Part shown: piece after piece, positions 30,561-43,904 of the stretch
Numbering within the stretch: position 1 is the first letter of the stretch
Layout of the letters: each line of letters begins with the position of its first letter
Translations under genes and position numbers: made by a program
Notes under the pieces: model-generated
Databases searched by the model: none
What the model was told of the DNA's origin: nothing
Seen by the model: the letters and a program-made list of their open reading frames with translations, nothing else
From: the human T2T-CHM13v2.0 reference genome, Homo sapiens
NCBI RefSeq assembly: GCF_009914755.1
Contig: NC_060939.1
Strand: one strand, 5' to 3'
DNA length: 64,000 nt

Positions 30561-30591
30561 CTGACTGCAGATTCATCAGGAATTCCAACAT
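30561..30591 (-). pseudogene. ANKRD20A: ANKRD20A micro-exon (31 nt), the most 5' exon found
   Basis: taatAG|ATGTTG...GTCAG|GTAAGA; (D)VGIPDESAV(S). Confidence 0.88.
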
Positions 30592-30659
30592 CTATTAAAG
30601 AAAAAGGTAAAATGCATTTTAAATCAATAATAAATGTACAGAATATTAAAATCATAAGA

Positions 30660-30785
30660 ATGCACAGTGATGCATGCCTCTAATCCAAACTACTTGAGAG
30701 GATGAGGCAGGAGGATCACTTGAGGAGCTCAGAAGTTTGAGACCAGCTTGGGAAACATAATAAGACTCTACCTTCATAAAAAAAT
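30660..30785 (+). mobile_element. FLAM/Alu monomer
   Basis: GAGGCAGGAGGATCACTTGAG...TTTGAGACCAGCTTGGG. Confidence 0.75.
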
Positions 30786-30817
30786 TGTGCACACTTGTGT
30801 GTATGCTTTACATCCTG

Positions 30818-30862
30818 TTTGTTGTTGTTGTTGTTGTTGTTGTTGTTTTGGTTTGGTTTGGT
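30818..30862. repeat. (GTT)n/(GGTTT)n microsatellite
   Basis: Visible repeat; gives the poly-Q in ORF 30774..31073. Confidence 0.9.
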
Positions 30863-31191
30863 TTTTTAAAGCATAAGACTGACGCTTTGTTACAAAGCAT
30901 TCCTTTGGGAGCATGCCTGGGATCTTATTAGAATTAACATTCATTATACGTATTGGTAGGTAATTAATGCAGTAAGAACTCTTCCCTCTGTGTTTATTAG
31001 ATGCAAAGAAGAATAAATTTATTAAAATTTGGTATCTACAAGTGAGCTGCAGTATACAAGTCATCCTAGCCAAAGCCTATGAGATTGAGTAAAAATGGTA
31101 TTGTTAGCAGAACAGGTGTGATGAGTCAACAGTGTCAAAGAGCATGATTTCTGGACCAAAATATGAGGGGCCATTACAACAGAGTATACAC

Positions 31192-31531
31192 TAGTACCCC
31201 TTATCCACTATATGCGCAGAAAGACATACTTGACACGTTTTTCTCTGTTGTCACACCACAGCAACAATCATCAACAAAGAAGGCTTCTGTGACCAAATGT
31301 GTGGAGAGTTTTTCCCCACCAACAAACAAGCAATCATTCCTGCTGATGACACAATTCAATTCTCACACCCTATCTACAGATAACATCAGATTTAATTTAA
31401 TTTATAAATTAAACTTTCTCATAGATATGTATGTATAGGGAAAAACAGCTTGTGATTCAGTACTCTTCATGGTTTCATGCATGCACTGGGGGTCTTGGAA
31501 TGTATCTCCCACAGTTAAGATGTAGTTACTG
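31192..31531. mobile_element. MER2 (Tigger) ends with an internal MER21-like fragment
   Basis: AGTACCCCTTATCC start and GGGGGTCTTGGAATGTATC...ACTG end; internal TCTGTGACCAAATGTGTGG...CAATTCAATTCT. Confidence 0.5.
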
Positions 31532-32544
31532 CACTTATTTTGTTATAACACAACACAGCCTCTCTAGCTCTTCAGTTCAAACTGTTTAGTTTAGAATTAA
31601 ACATGCTATCGCCAGAAACCAACAAAACATAGGAATCAGACCAGAAACAGGAATCCTTGCAAAGACTTTCCAGCCACCAGTGGAGAAGATCTCAAGAGAG
31701 ATCAGTGTGTTACTCTGGCTAATACTCTTCTGGGTAAGGTGCTGGGTGGTTTCCTTAGTTGTAGCTATTTGCTCTGGCCTACGTATAACAAGGCCCAAAT
31801 TCACCTGCCATTTTACCTCCCACGAAAGAACCACTGGAAAGATCACTCCGTTAAGAGCTTATCCACATTCAGAGAGAAGCTGAATAAACACTCGGGAGGT
31901 ATGGCAGGCTGCCGGGCAATATTATCTGATGTGAAAAAATATATAGAAAGAAAACTATCAATGCCCTTTTACTACCAGAATGTTCTAATGCTTGCCCATC
32001 TCCCTAGTAGGAGAAAAAAACTTTTGCACCTCGCATAAAGCAAAACTCCCTTGTCATCTCTCATGACAGAATCTAGTTGTAGGTGAGTCATGTCATCATA
32101 ATACAGGCTGTTGTCAACCTCATCCCTCAAAGGAAGAGGATCAGTGAGGAACTTATGTATTTACCTAATAGCATTCACTGCCTGGTCTTATTTCCAACCG
32201 AAGGTAAGTATGAAAGACTTTGTGATTCCAGTTTTATAAAGCACAACCCTTTGCACTTGTCCCCTTCCATTGCTAAAAAGTCTATCTGGACCCACCTCAC
32301 AGAGCAAGATGCTCCAGGTTGTGCTGTGTAGTACGGCGTGGTGTCCTTTTCCTCAACCCTTTCTATTATGTGCCACATATCTATACAAATCATGTTTTCT
32401 AAGTATGTAAATCATATCTCAACAGAATACATCATTCTTTACAATGATAAAGAAGCAAAAGAAAAACAAAAGGACAAAGAACATCTTAAATGACTACATT
32501 CAACTGCCATGGAGCTTTAATTTTTTAACTACTCAAAAAGATAT

Positions 32545-32980
32545 CCATTCTTCTTATTCCAACTATATGACTCTTCTGAAAAAAGTAAAACTATGAAGAC
32601 AGAGTAAACATCAATTGTTGTCACGAGTTGCTAGGGAGAAAGGGAGAGATGAACAGGCATAGCACAGAGAATTTTTAGGGCGGTGAAACTGTTCTGTCGA
32701 TAATATTACAGTAATAGATACATGTCATGTCATTATACATTTGTCCAAATTCACAGAATGTACAGCATCAAGAGTGAGGCCTGATGTAAACTATGAACTT
32801 CAAGTGATTATGTCAATGTAAGTTCATCAGTTGTAACAAATGGACCACTCTCTGGTGGAAAATATTAATAATGGGGGAGGCTATGCGTGTGTGGGAGGCA
32901 TGGGATATATGAGAAATCTCTGTACCTTCCTCTCAATTTTGCTGTGAACCTAAAACTACTCTAAGAAATAAGGTTATTGA
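32545..32980 (+). mobile_element. L1MC-type 3' end
   Basis: ATTCCAACTATATGAC...GAAATCTCTGTACCTTCCTCTCAATTTTGCTGTGAACCTAAAACT. Confidence 0.8.
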
Positions 32981-32996
32981 TTTAAAAAAAATATTC

Positions 32997-33655
<659 letters not shown>

Positions 33656-34222
33656 ATAAAATTAAAAATAAAGATATTCACTGAACCTGTTACTATGATA
33701 TATTTAAGCAAGACACGGTGACCCTAAAAATTAGAGATCATTGAAGACCAAAGTAACAACACGTGGTCATTATTTCTCAAATTGAAGTATATAAAATATA
33801 TAAAATAAATAAATTTAATTGCATGCTTAGGTAAGAAAATATTGATAAAAATGATTGAATATTTTATCTTATTTCATAATTCTAAGCAGGGCTTTAGCAC
33901 AATATGAAAACTAGATTATTCATGTAATCCAAATAAAAGACAATTTTTATTCTAATTTTAACTCAGAAATTATTTTGCTTATTTAACAATTTTACTGAAA
34001 GGTAAATGAGATAAATAGGACAGATTATAATTACCTAACATTGCTATGGTAACTTATGTACAAATAGCTGTTCGTCACTGAAAGTCAAAAAAGTAACCAG
34101 CGCTGCAACTTAAGATGGATCATACAACAGAAATTAGTACCAAGTTACCTTATCTTATAATATTATGTTATTAAAATGAAATTTTAAAACAACACCAAAA
34201 ATTAAGTTGGGGCTATACAAAG

Positions 34223-34380
34223 TGTGCAGAAAAGATTTCATATAACAGGCAAGAGACTGCCATCCTTAGAAAGGCCTGCATGCAAGGCTGGCCCTTGGCT
34301 GGTGTTTAGGAAATTGGAATTGGGAGGGTTTCCACCATTCCCTGAGAAGAGTGGCTCACTGTGTCTAAAGTTTTTATAGA
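34223..34380 (+). mobile_element. 5' fragment of an ERVL LTR (MER68-like)
   Basis: TGTGCAGAAAAG...GAGACTGCCATCCTTAGAAAGGCCTGC..GCAAGGCTGGCCCTTGGCTGG; ends abruptly against the ASNS fragment. Confidence 0.6.
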
Positions 34381-35194
34381 AACCGCCAATGGGTGAAATC
34401 CAAAGCAGCAGCTGGTGTATCCATTAACATTCTCAAAACAGGATGCATCTGGACCCCTGTGTGCAATCTTCATAGCACACAGACACTAAATAGAAAGGCA
34501 GTCATTGCTGCCAAACAGGACCCAAATGCCACACACAGTGCAATGAAGCTATAAGCTCCCTATGGAGAGAAAAGTAGACAAATAAAAAATATTCAATATC
34601 CAATCCAAGTCCACATTAAATCTTGATTCCAGAAACGTGCATTAACCACTTCAAAGACTAAAATTTAAACCATCTTTTCTATAGCGATTTCCCATTTGGT
34701 TGGCAGGCATACAGGAGTAGAGAATGATTTAATTTACTTACAAGTATTCAGAAAAAATAGTGACCTCTACATTCAACCAGCTACAGCAGCTTAGCACCCA
34801 GCCAAAGCCTGCATCTCTCCCACCTTAAGATTTAGTGGTTGGCTAGAATTAGCAGCATCCAGGCCACATCTATCTCTGCATTCTAAGTTTGCTTCCAAGA
34901 TAAAGATACAAATGCAGGCTGGCTCCAACCTAGCCAGAGATCCCAGCCCCACTCTCTGCATCCCAAAATCCCTCAAAGACCCAAGAGACTTTCCAGATTT
35001 CTACAGTCTCCTCACAGGTTCCCATGACAGTTAAATGCCCTCTCTTTACCTCAACTAGCTGCAGGTAGAATATAATGGGTACAACAGAAAATCACTGTAA
35101 GTGTAATATGAAGATAAACAGCCCTTTTAAGCATTTCATTATATTACATCTAGCTTACTTCTAAGTGATTTATTCAGATGTGACTGAAGAAAGT
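34381..35194 (-). pseudogene. ASNS: Unprocessed ASNS (asparagine synthetase) pseudogene fragment: 5' UTR exon, intron and truncated first coding exon
   Basis: 34536-34381 reads [51 protein letters not shown] versus recalled [59 protein letters not shown]>GTG; TAG at 34486-34488; acceptor ccatAG| at 34559. A 36-nt UTR exon lies at 35159-35194 (tttAG|ACTTTC...TTAGAA|GTAAG). Confidence 0.92.
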
Positions 35195-36295
35195 CTAAAG
35201 GGAAAAAAAGCAATTTAATTTGATAAATTAAAATCAATTATAGCCAAATTATTTGGCTATAACAAATTAAACATTTTAAGCAGACAGAAGATGCAAACAT
35301 TTTAAGTTGACAGAAGATATAAAATGTTCACTATCAAAATGTCGCAACTGATAAAAATGTTCTCAAATATTTCTGTCTCAAACTTGCATTGTTCATTAAG
35401 GAAGCAAAATAGGTGGGACATACACAGCAACAACATCCCTCAAAAAACACCTTGGCTCATTCCTATAAGCCAGGCAGCAAATACATCATCCTTACATATG
35501 TTAATTACCTTCCAATTTCAAATTCTCAACTGTGAAATAAAGGGCCATTTTATTTGGCTGCTTCCAGTTCAATATGACTGTTTTTATTAAAACATCTCTA
35601 ACTTGAAAAATATTTGGTGTTTTCTAAAAAACTGCAAATTGCCACAAATGGCCAGATAATTTGGAATAAACACCCTACAGAAAAAAATATATATTCAAGT
35701 TGCATAAGTCACTTTGAGCAATCCTTTGAAGATATTTCATTTATATCTAAATGAACCACAGGTTTAGCTGGCTTTTCCGGAAAACCAGAAGCAAATAATG
35801 TATGATTATAATGAAAACCATCTCAAGCAATTTTGAAATGAAGTACCACATGTCTTATGCTGTCCCTTCCATGCACTTGACAAAACAGCCTATAACAAAT
35901 TGTTTACTTTGAGATTTAGCAGGAAAATTCCATGAGGTTTAAATGAGATGACTACTAATAAGCCATCTACCTTTGACTCTATTCCAATTAAAAATGGGTT
36001 AGGAAAGTGCTTTGAAAATCAAGTGTGTTCATCAGGGAATCATTTACCTAAGTCTTCTTAACACTGCTTAGTGAATATTAAGCCTGATATAGTAAATACA
36101 CGCTAACCACTAAATTGAAGGGGAAAGAGGGAGAACAAAGAGACACGTAAAGTACACTTACTTTTTCTAGTAGGAAAAAGCCAATTAAAACTATCACCTA
36201 TTAGTTTTATTGGAATCAGTCTTACAGGAGGTCAAACTTCCTACTGTCGCTACCTATTCTCAATATTTTTCTTATTTCTTCCTAAACTTCTAGAG

Positions 36296-36596
36296 CCGTG
36301 CTGTCCAATAAATATGTGAGCCACATATGTAATTTTAAATGTACTAGTAAACCCCATTAAAAGGTGAAATTAATTTTAAATATACTTAACTCAGTATGTC
36401 CCAAATAGTAATCATAGTAATAATTTTAACATGTAATCAATATAAAAAATTATCAAGCAGATATTCTACGCTGTTCTTCCCACTCCAATGACAAAATCCA
36501 GTATATATAACACAACACATCTCAATTAGGACTAGCCAGGATTTCAAGTGCTCAACAGTTACAGGTGGCTAGTGCCTACTGAATTGGACACTGCAG
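36296..36596 (+). mobile_element. MER33 (hAT-Charlie)
   Basis: Terminal inverted repeats GCTGTCCAAT...ATTGGACA; internal GAGCCACATATGTAATTTTAAAT and ATTTCAAGTGCTCAA. Confidence 0.8.
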
Positions 36597-37229
36597 TTTC
36601 AGTGCATTGAATTTCTATCCCACTTAGCGCTAATTAAAACTTCACCCTCTCACCTGATAATTATGTTAAGATCTCAGAAAGTAACCCACTACAGGCAGTT
36701 TCAAGCCCTAATTTACCTCTAATTACTCTTACAGCAATGCAATGAATCATGATTTAAAATTTTTAAAAAAATTGCTGTTAAATTATCAGTCAAGAGCCCA
36801 GGGCAATGGACAGTAAAGAAATAATGTAGGCCATGGGCCGAGATGACAAAACGGTCCTTTTATTTAAAGCTATAACAATAATCTGAAGCCAGCCCTGTAA
36901 AATAGACATCCATTGAAAAAGGCATGCTAGTTCTTTTGCTTTTTTGTGTACTTGGCCTCCTGTGTCCCTAAACAGATCTCTTCTCAGCAGGGTTTGCTCA
37001 GCAAGTCACTTGTTGAGTCTTGCGGTCAACAGAGGGCGTAGGGAATGGCAGGGGCTGGCATAGGAGTGAGGGGGAGGAGGCAAGGTGAGGGGGGCCAGGT
37101 GAGGAGGGGGGCACTTGAAGGGGAGTTCAAGACCAGCCTGGGCAACATGGTGAGACCACCGCCCCTCACCGCTGCCATCTCTGGTCTCACTCTGGTCTCT
37201 CACACATGCACAAATTAAATTTAATTTAA

Positions 37230-37583
<354 letters not shown>

Positions 37584-38442
37584 GTATACATTCATTTTGT
37601 AGAACTATAGATCCCATGTAACTGGGAACTCTTTACTCTTCTAACACAACATTTATTTAGCCACAAATAAAAGACCAGTGATGTAGCCTGTACACAAAAA
37701 AGTAAGAAAACACTGGTTAGGCTGGGACAGGGGTAGGGGAAAGAGATCTACAAAATTAAAATTTTATTGGGAAGGATCACTAATTAGAATCAGAACAATT
37801 ACTGCTTTAAAGTAGTTAAGAACAGAGCACAAGGAACCCAGAGAAGAAGCAGATATGATTCAGAGCAGAGCTTACAGAGCAGATGGTATCTGAGCCGAGA
37901 CTGATAGAATAACATTAATAAGGGCATTCATGGCCATTTATTATCACTTAACTGCAATGCATTTTGTATAAGTTATTTCTACTCTTCATATCAACCATGG
38001 AAAATAATACTTATTCTTCTCTTTTGAAGTTAAAGAAGTGGTAAGTGGTCTAAGAAGATAAATTAACATACCAACACCATATAGCTCAAGTTCAGTGACT
38101 CAAGAGGGCCCGCGTCTCCCCAAGAGGTTGCTCAGCAGGCAGGCGAGGTAGAGAGCCCTTCCAAGAAGTGACAGTGAGATGTGAAAGGTCTCAGTGTGTC
38201 TCTGAGAACAACAGAAACCAGTATGTAGACCAAGTGGGAAAAGCCACGGAAGAGGCAGGGATTTCCTCTTAAGATAGCAAGAATAAACAGAGCAGGGCTG
38301 AGGGAAGCCATGGAAAACGGGCAGAATACCATGCACTTAGTGAGAAAAAAACAGCTTTTACTTTAGAAAGGGGGAAAGAATGGTGGTGGTCTAGGTAAGC
38401 CTAGAAGCAGAGGAAAGGGCAATGGAGAAAAAATAAACAAAA

Positions 38443-38845
38443 TGTATGAGTCAGGGTTCTCCAGAGGTACAGAACCAACAAGATACACGTATATGTATAA
38501 GGGAGTTTACGAGAGAGAATTGGTTCACACGGTTAGAAGGCAGTCCCACAATAGGCTGTCTGCCAGGTAGGGAAAGAGAGAAGCTAGTAGTGGCTCAGTC
38601 CAAGTCCAAAAGCCTCAAAACCAGGAAAACCCGCAGTGCAGTCTTCAGTATGAGGCCGAGGGCCTGAGAGCCTCGGGAAAGCCGCTGGTGCAAGTCCGAG
38701 AGTCCAAAGGCATAAGAACCTGGAGTCTCATGTCCGAGGGCAGGAAGAAGGGAAGCAAGTGTCCTGCACGGGAAGAAGAAAAAAAGAGAGCCAGAAGCTT
38801 CACCTAGCAAGATTATCCCATCTTCCTCCGCCTGCTTTATTCTAT
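38443..38845 (-). mobile_element. MLT2 (ERVL) LTR, 5'-truncated by the satellite
   Basis: TGTATGAGTCAGGGTTCTCCAGAG...GTCCCACAATAGGCTGTCTGC...GCTCAGTCCAAGTCC is the reverse complement of the MLT2 3' part. Confidence 0.8.
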
Positions 38846-41532
<2,687 letters not shown>

Positions 41533-41585
41533 TTATTTAGAAACTTTCAGGTTTCTAAATATATGAATGAACCATAATATAAGCC

Positions 41586-42635
41586 TTGGCCAATACAATG
41601 CCGGTTAGGCCTCCTACTGTAAAAAGGAAAACAAATCCCCGGGCTCACAGCATTGCGGGGGATCATTTGATATTACCGCCGTGAAGTGTAGCTAGCTAGT
41701 CAGCTAAAAACTTTGATGCTAGTAGGAATAGCAATAATTATAATAGCAGAGGTGAAGCAGGCTCATGTATCCACATCTATCCCTACCGTAAATATACGGT
41801 GGGCCCATACAATAAACCGTAAGGATCCAACTGATCCTATAGCTCACACTAGGCCCATATACCTGAATGGTTCTTTTCCAGAATAGTATGTTACGACGTG
41901 GGAAATTATCCCAAAGCCCAGTGGGATGAGGATGTAGACTTCAGGGTGACCAAAGAATCTGAATAAATGCTGAAATAAGATAGGATCACCTCCGCCAGCC
42001 AGGTAGAAAAAAATAGTATTAAGATTGCAGTCAGTTAACAATATAGTGATGCTGGCGGCTAGGACTCGGAGACAAAGGAGTAGAAGAACTGCTGTAATTA
42101 GGACTAATCAGATGAAGAGGGGTGTGTGATATTGGGACATGGCTGGGGGTTTTATATTAACAATTGTGGTAATAAAGTTAATAGCCCCTGAAGTAGAAGA
42201 AACACCTGTCAAGTGGAGTGAAAAGATAGTGAAACCTACAGAGGCGCCTGCATGTGTTAGGTTTCCTGCTAAGGGAGGAGAGACTGTTCAGCCGGTTCCA
42301 GTGCCGGCTTCTACTATAGTGGATGCAAGTAATAATAGGAAGGAGGGTGGGAGGAGTCAGAAGCTCATATTATTTATGCAGAGAAATGCTATATCGGGGG
42401 CGCCAATTATCGGGGGACTAATCAGTTGCCAAGACCTCCAATTATAGTATTACTATAAAGAAAATTATGACAAATGCATAGGCTATAACAATGACATAAA
42501 TTTGATCATCTAGTAGAGTTCAGCTCGAATAAGGCTTAAAGCTGTACTGACTATCCCTGCTCATGTGCCAAATAATAAATATAATGTCCCGATATCTTTA
42601 TGGTTGGTTGAGATTAGTCAACTGTCAGCCAACAT
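41586..42635 (-). pseudogene. MT-CO1: NUMT: 5' ~two-thirds of COX1, with indels
   Basis: ATG at 42635; mitochondrial-code reading [23 protein letters not shown]...[22 protein letters not shown]...GFVFLFTVGGLTGIVLA; deletion after IRAEL. Confidence 0.95.
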
Positions 42636-42654
42636 AAATGAAGTGAGAAAAAAG

Positions 42655-42721
42655 GGTAAAATGACTGAGTAGGGCATTAGACTGTACATCTAAAAACAGA
42701 GGTCAACGCCTGTTTTTACCA
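42655..42721 (+). pseudogene. MT-TY: NUMT: mt-tRNA-Tyr copy
   Basis: GGTAAAATGACTGAG...ACTGTACATCTAA...TTTTTACCA, adjacent to the COX1 start. Confidence 0.85.
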
Positions 42722-42812
42722 GTCCCAAGGTGATTTTCATGTTGAATTGTAAATTCAAAGAAGCAGCTTCAATCCTGCTTCTCTCACCTTTTTTCCCCCA
42801 GTGGCTGGAGAA
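42721..42812 (+). pseudogene. MT-TC: NUMT: mt-tRNA-Cys (degenerate) and light-strand origin OL remnant
   Basis: GGTGATTTTCATGTTGAATTGTAAATTCAAAGAAGCAGCTTCAA, then CTTCTC..CCTTTTTTCCCC...GGAGAAG. Confidence 0.8.
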
Positions 42813-42813
42813 G

Positions 42814-42882
42814 TAGATTCAAACCAGTTGACTAGGGAGTTTAGCTGTTAAGTTTTCATGGGTTTAAGCCTCATCAATTTAG
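42814..42882 (+). pseudogene. MT-TN: NUMT: mt-tRNA-Asn copy
   Basis: TAGATTCAAACCAGTTGACTAGGG..TTTAGCTGTTAA...GGGTTTAAG, in WANCY order. Confidence 0.8.
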
Positions 42883-42883
42883 T

Positions 42884-42940
42884 AAGGACTTAGCTTACTT
42901 AAAGTGATTGATCTGTATTCAATTGACCAAGGGTGTTCTG
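42884..42940 (+). pseudogene. MT-TA: NUMT: partial mt-tRNA-Ala copy
   Basis: AAGGACTTAGCTTACTTAAAGTGATTGAT...TTCAATTGA; truncated at the inversion junction. Confidence 0.7.
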
Positions 42941-42945
42941 TATCT

Positions 42946-43540
42946 GAGAAAGTACATTTCAGGGTCACCATACAACAACTGTTCAAAAAGGCCTCCAATA
43001 TGGGACAGTCCTATTTATTATCTCAGAAATATTCCTCTTCGCTGGATTCTTTTGAGCATTCTACCATTCTAGCTTAGCCCCTACTCCAGAATTAGGAGGG
43101 CATTGACCCCCAACAGGTATTTCTCCCCTTGACCCCCTGGAAGTACCTCTCCTGAATCCATCTGTATTACTTGCATCAGGAGTTTCAATTACTTGAGCCC
43201 ATCACAGCCTAACAAAAAATAATCAAAAACATGCAAGCCAAGCACTACCTGTTACAATTATATTAGATATTTACTTCACCCTCCTACAAGTCTCAGAATA
43301 CTTCAAAGCTCCCTTTGCTATTTCTGATGGTATTTATGGCTCAACATTTTTTTATAGCTACAGGCTTTCACAGAATTCACGTCATTATTGGATCAACGTT
43401 CCTCAATCTGCCTTCTCCGCCAATTAAAATACCACTTTACATCTAGTCGTCACTTTGCCTTTGAAGCCGCTGCCTGATATCAACACTTTGTAGATGTAGT
43501 ATGACTATTCTTGTATGTTTCTATTTATTGATGAGGATCT
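42946..43540 (+). pseudogene. MT-CO3: NUMT: 3' part of COX3
   Basis: [58 protein letters not shown]...SIYWWGS (mitochondrial code). Confidence 0.95.
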
Positions 43541-43541
43541 T

Positions 43542-43602
43542 ACTCTTTTAGTGTAAATAGTACCATGATTTCCAAAGTTTTGATAGCATCCGAAAAACAG
43601 TA
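43542..43602 (+). pseudogene. MT-TG: NUMT: mt-tRNA-Gly copy
   Basis: ACTCTTTTAGTGTAAATAGTACC...TTCCAA... between COX3 and ND3. Confidence 0.75.
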
Positions 43603-43903
43603 ATTCACCTAACATTAACCCTAGTAATCAACACCCTATTAGCCCTGTTACTAATAATTATTACATTTTGGCTCCCACAACTTAATATATATATGTAGAG
43701 AGAGAGAAAAATATATATATATGTATAAAATAAATATATATAGAAAAATCTAGCCCTTATGAATGCAGATTTGACCCTCTATCCTCTGCCCACATTCCCT
43801 TCTCCATAAAATTCTTTCTAGTAGCCATCACATTTCCCCATTTGAGTTAGAATTCGCCCTACTACTACCCTTACTGTGAGCCCTTCAAACAATCTGATAC
43901 TAA
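43603..43903 (+). pseudogene. MT-ND3: NUMT: ND3 fragment with internal microsatellite expansion
   Basis: NTLLALLLMIITFWLPQLN...[30 protein letters not shown] (mitochondrial code). Confidence 0.9.
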
Positions 43904-43904
43904 T

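Noticed and set aside
30774-31073. Polyglutamine ORF
   Set aside because: It comes from a (GTT)n microsatellite beside an Alu monomer.
34470-34559. Apparent terminal exon encoding a hydrophobic tail ([29 protein letters not shown])
   Set aside because: It is an alternative frame of the ASNS exon; the other frame matches the ASNS N-terminus closely.
42139-42447. 102-aa plus-strand ORF
   Set aside because: It is the antisense frame of the COX1 NUMT; open antisense frames are common for mtDNA.
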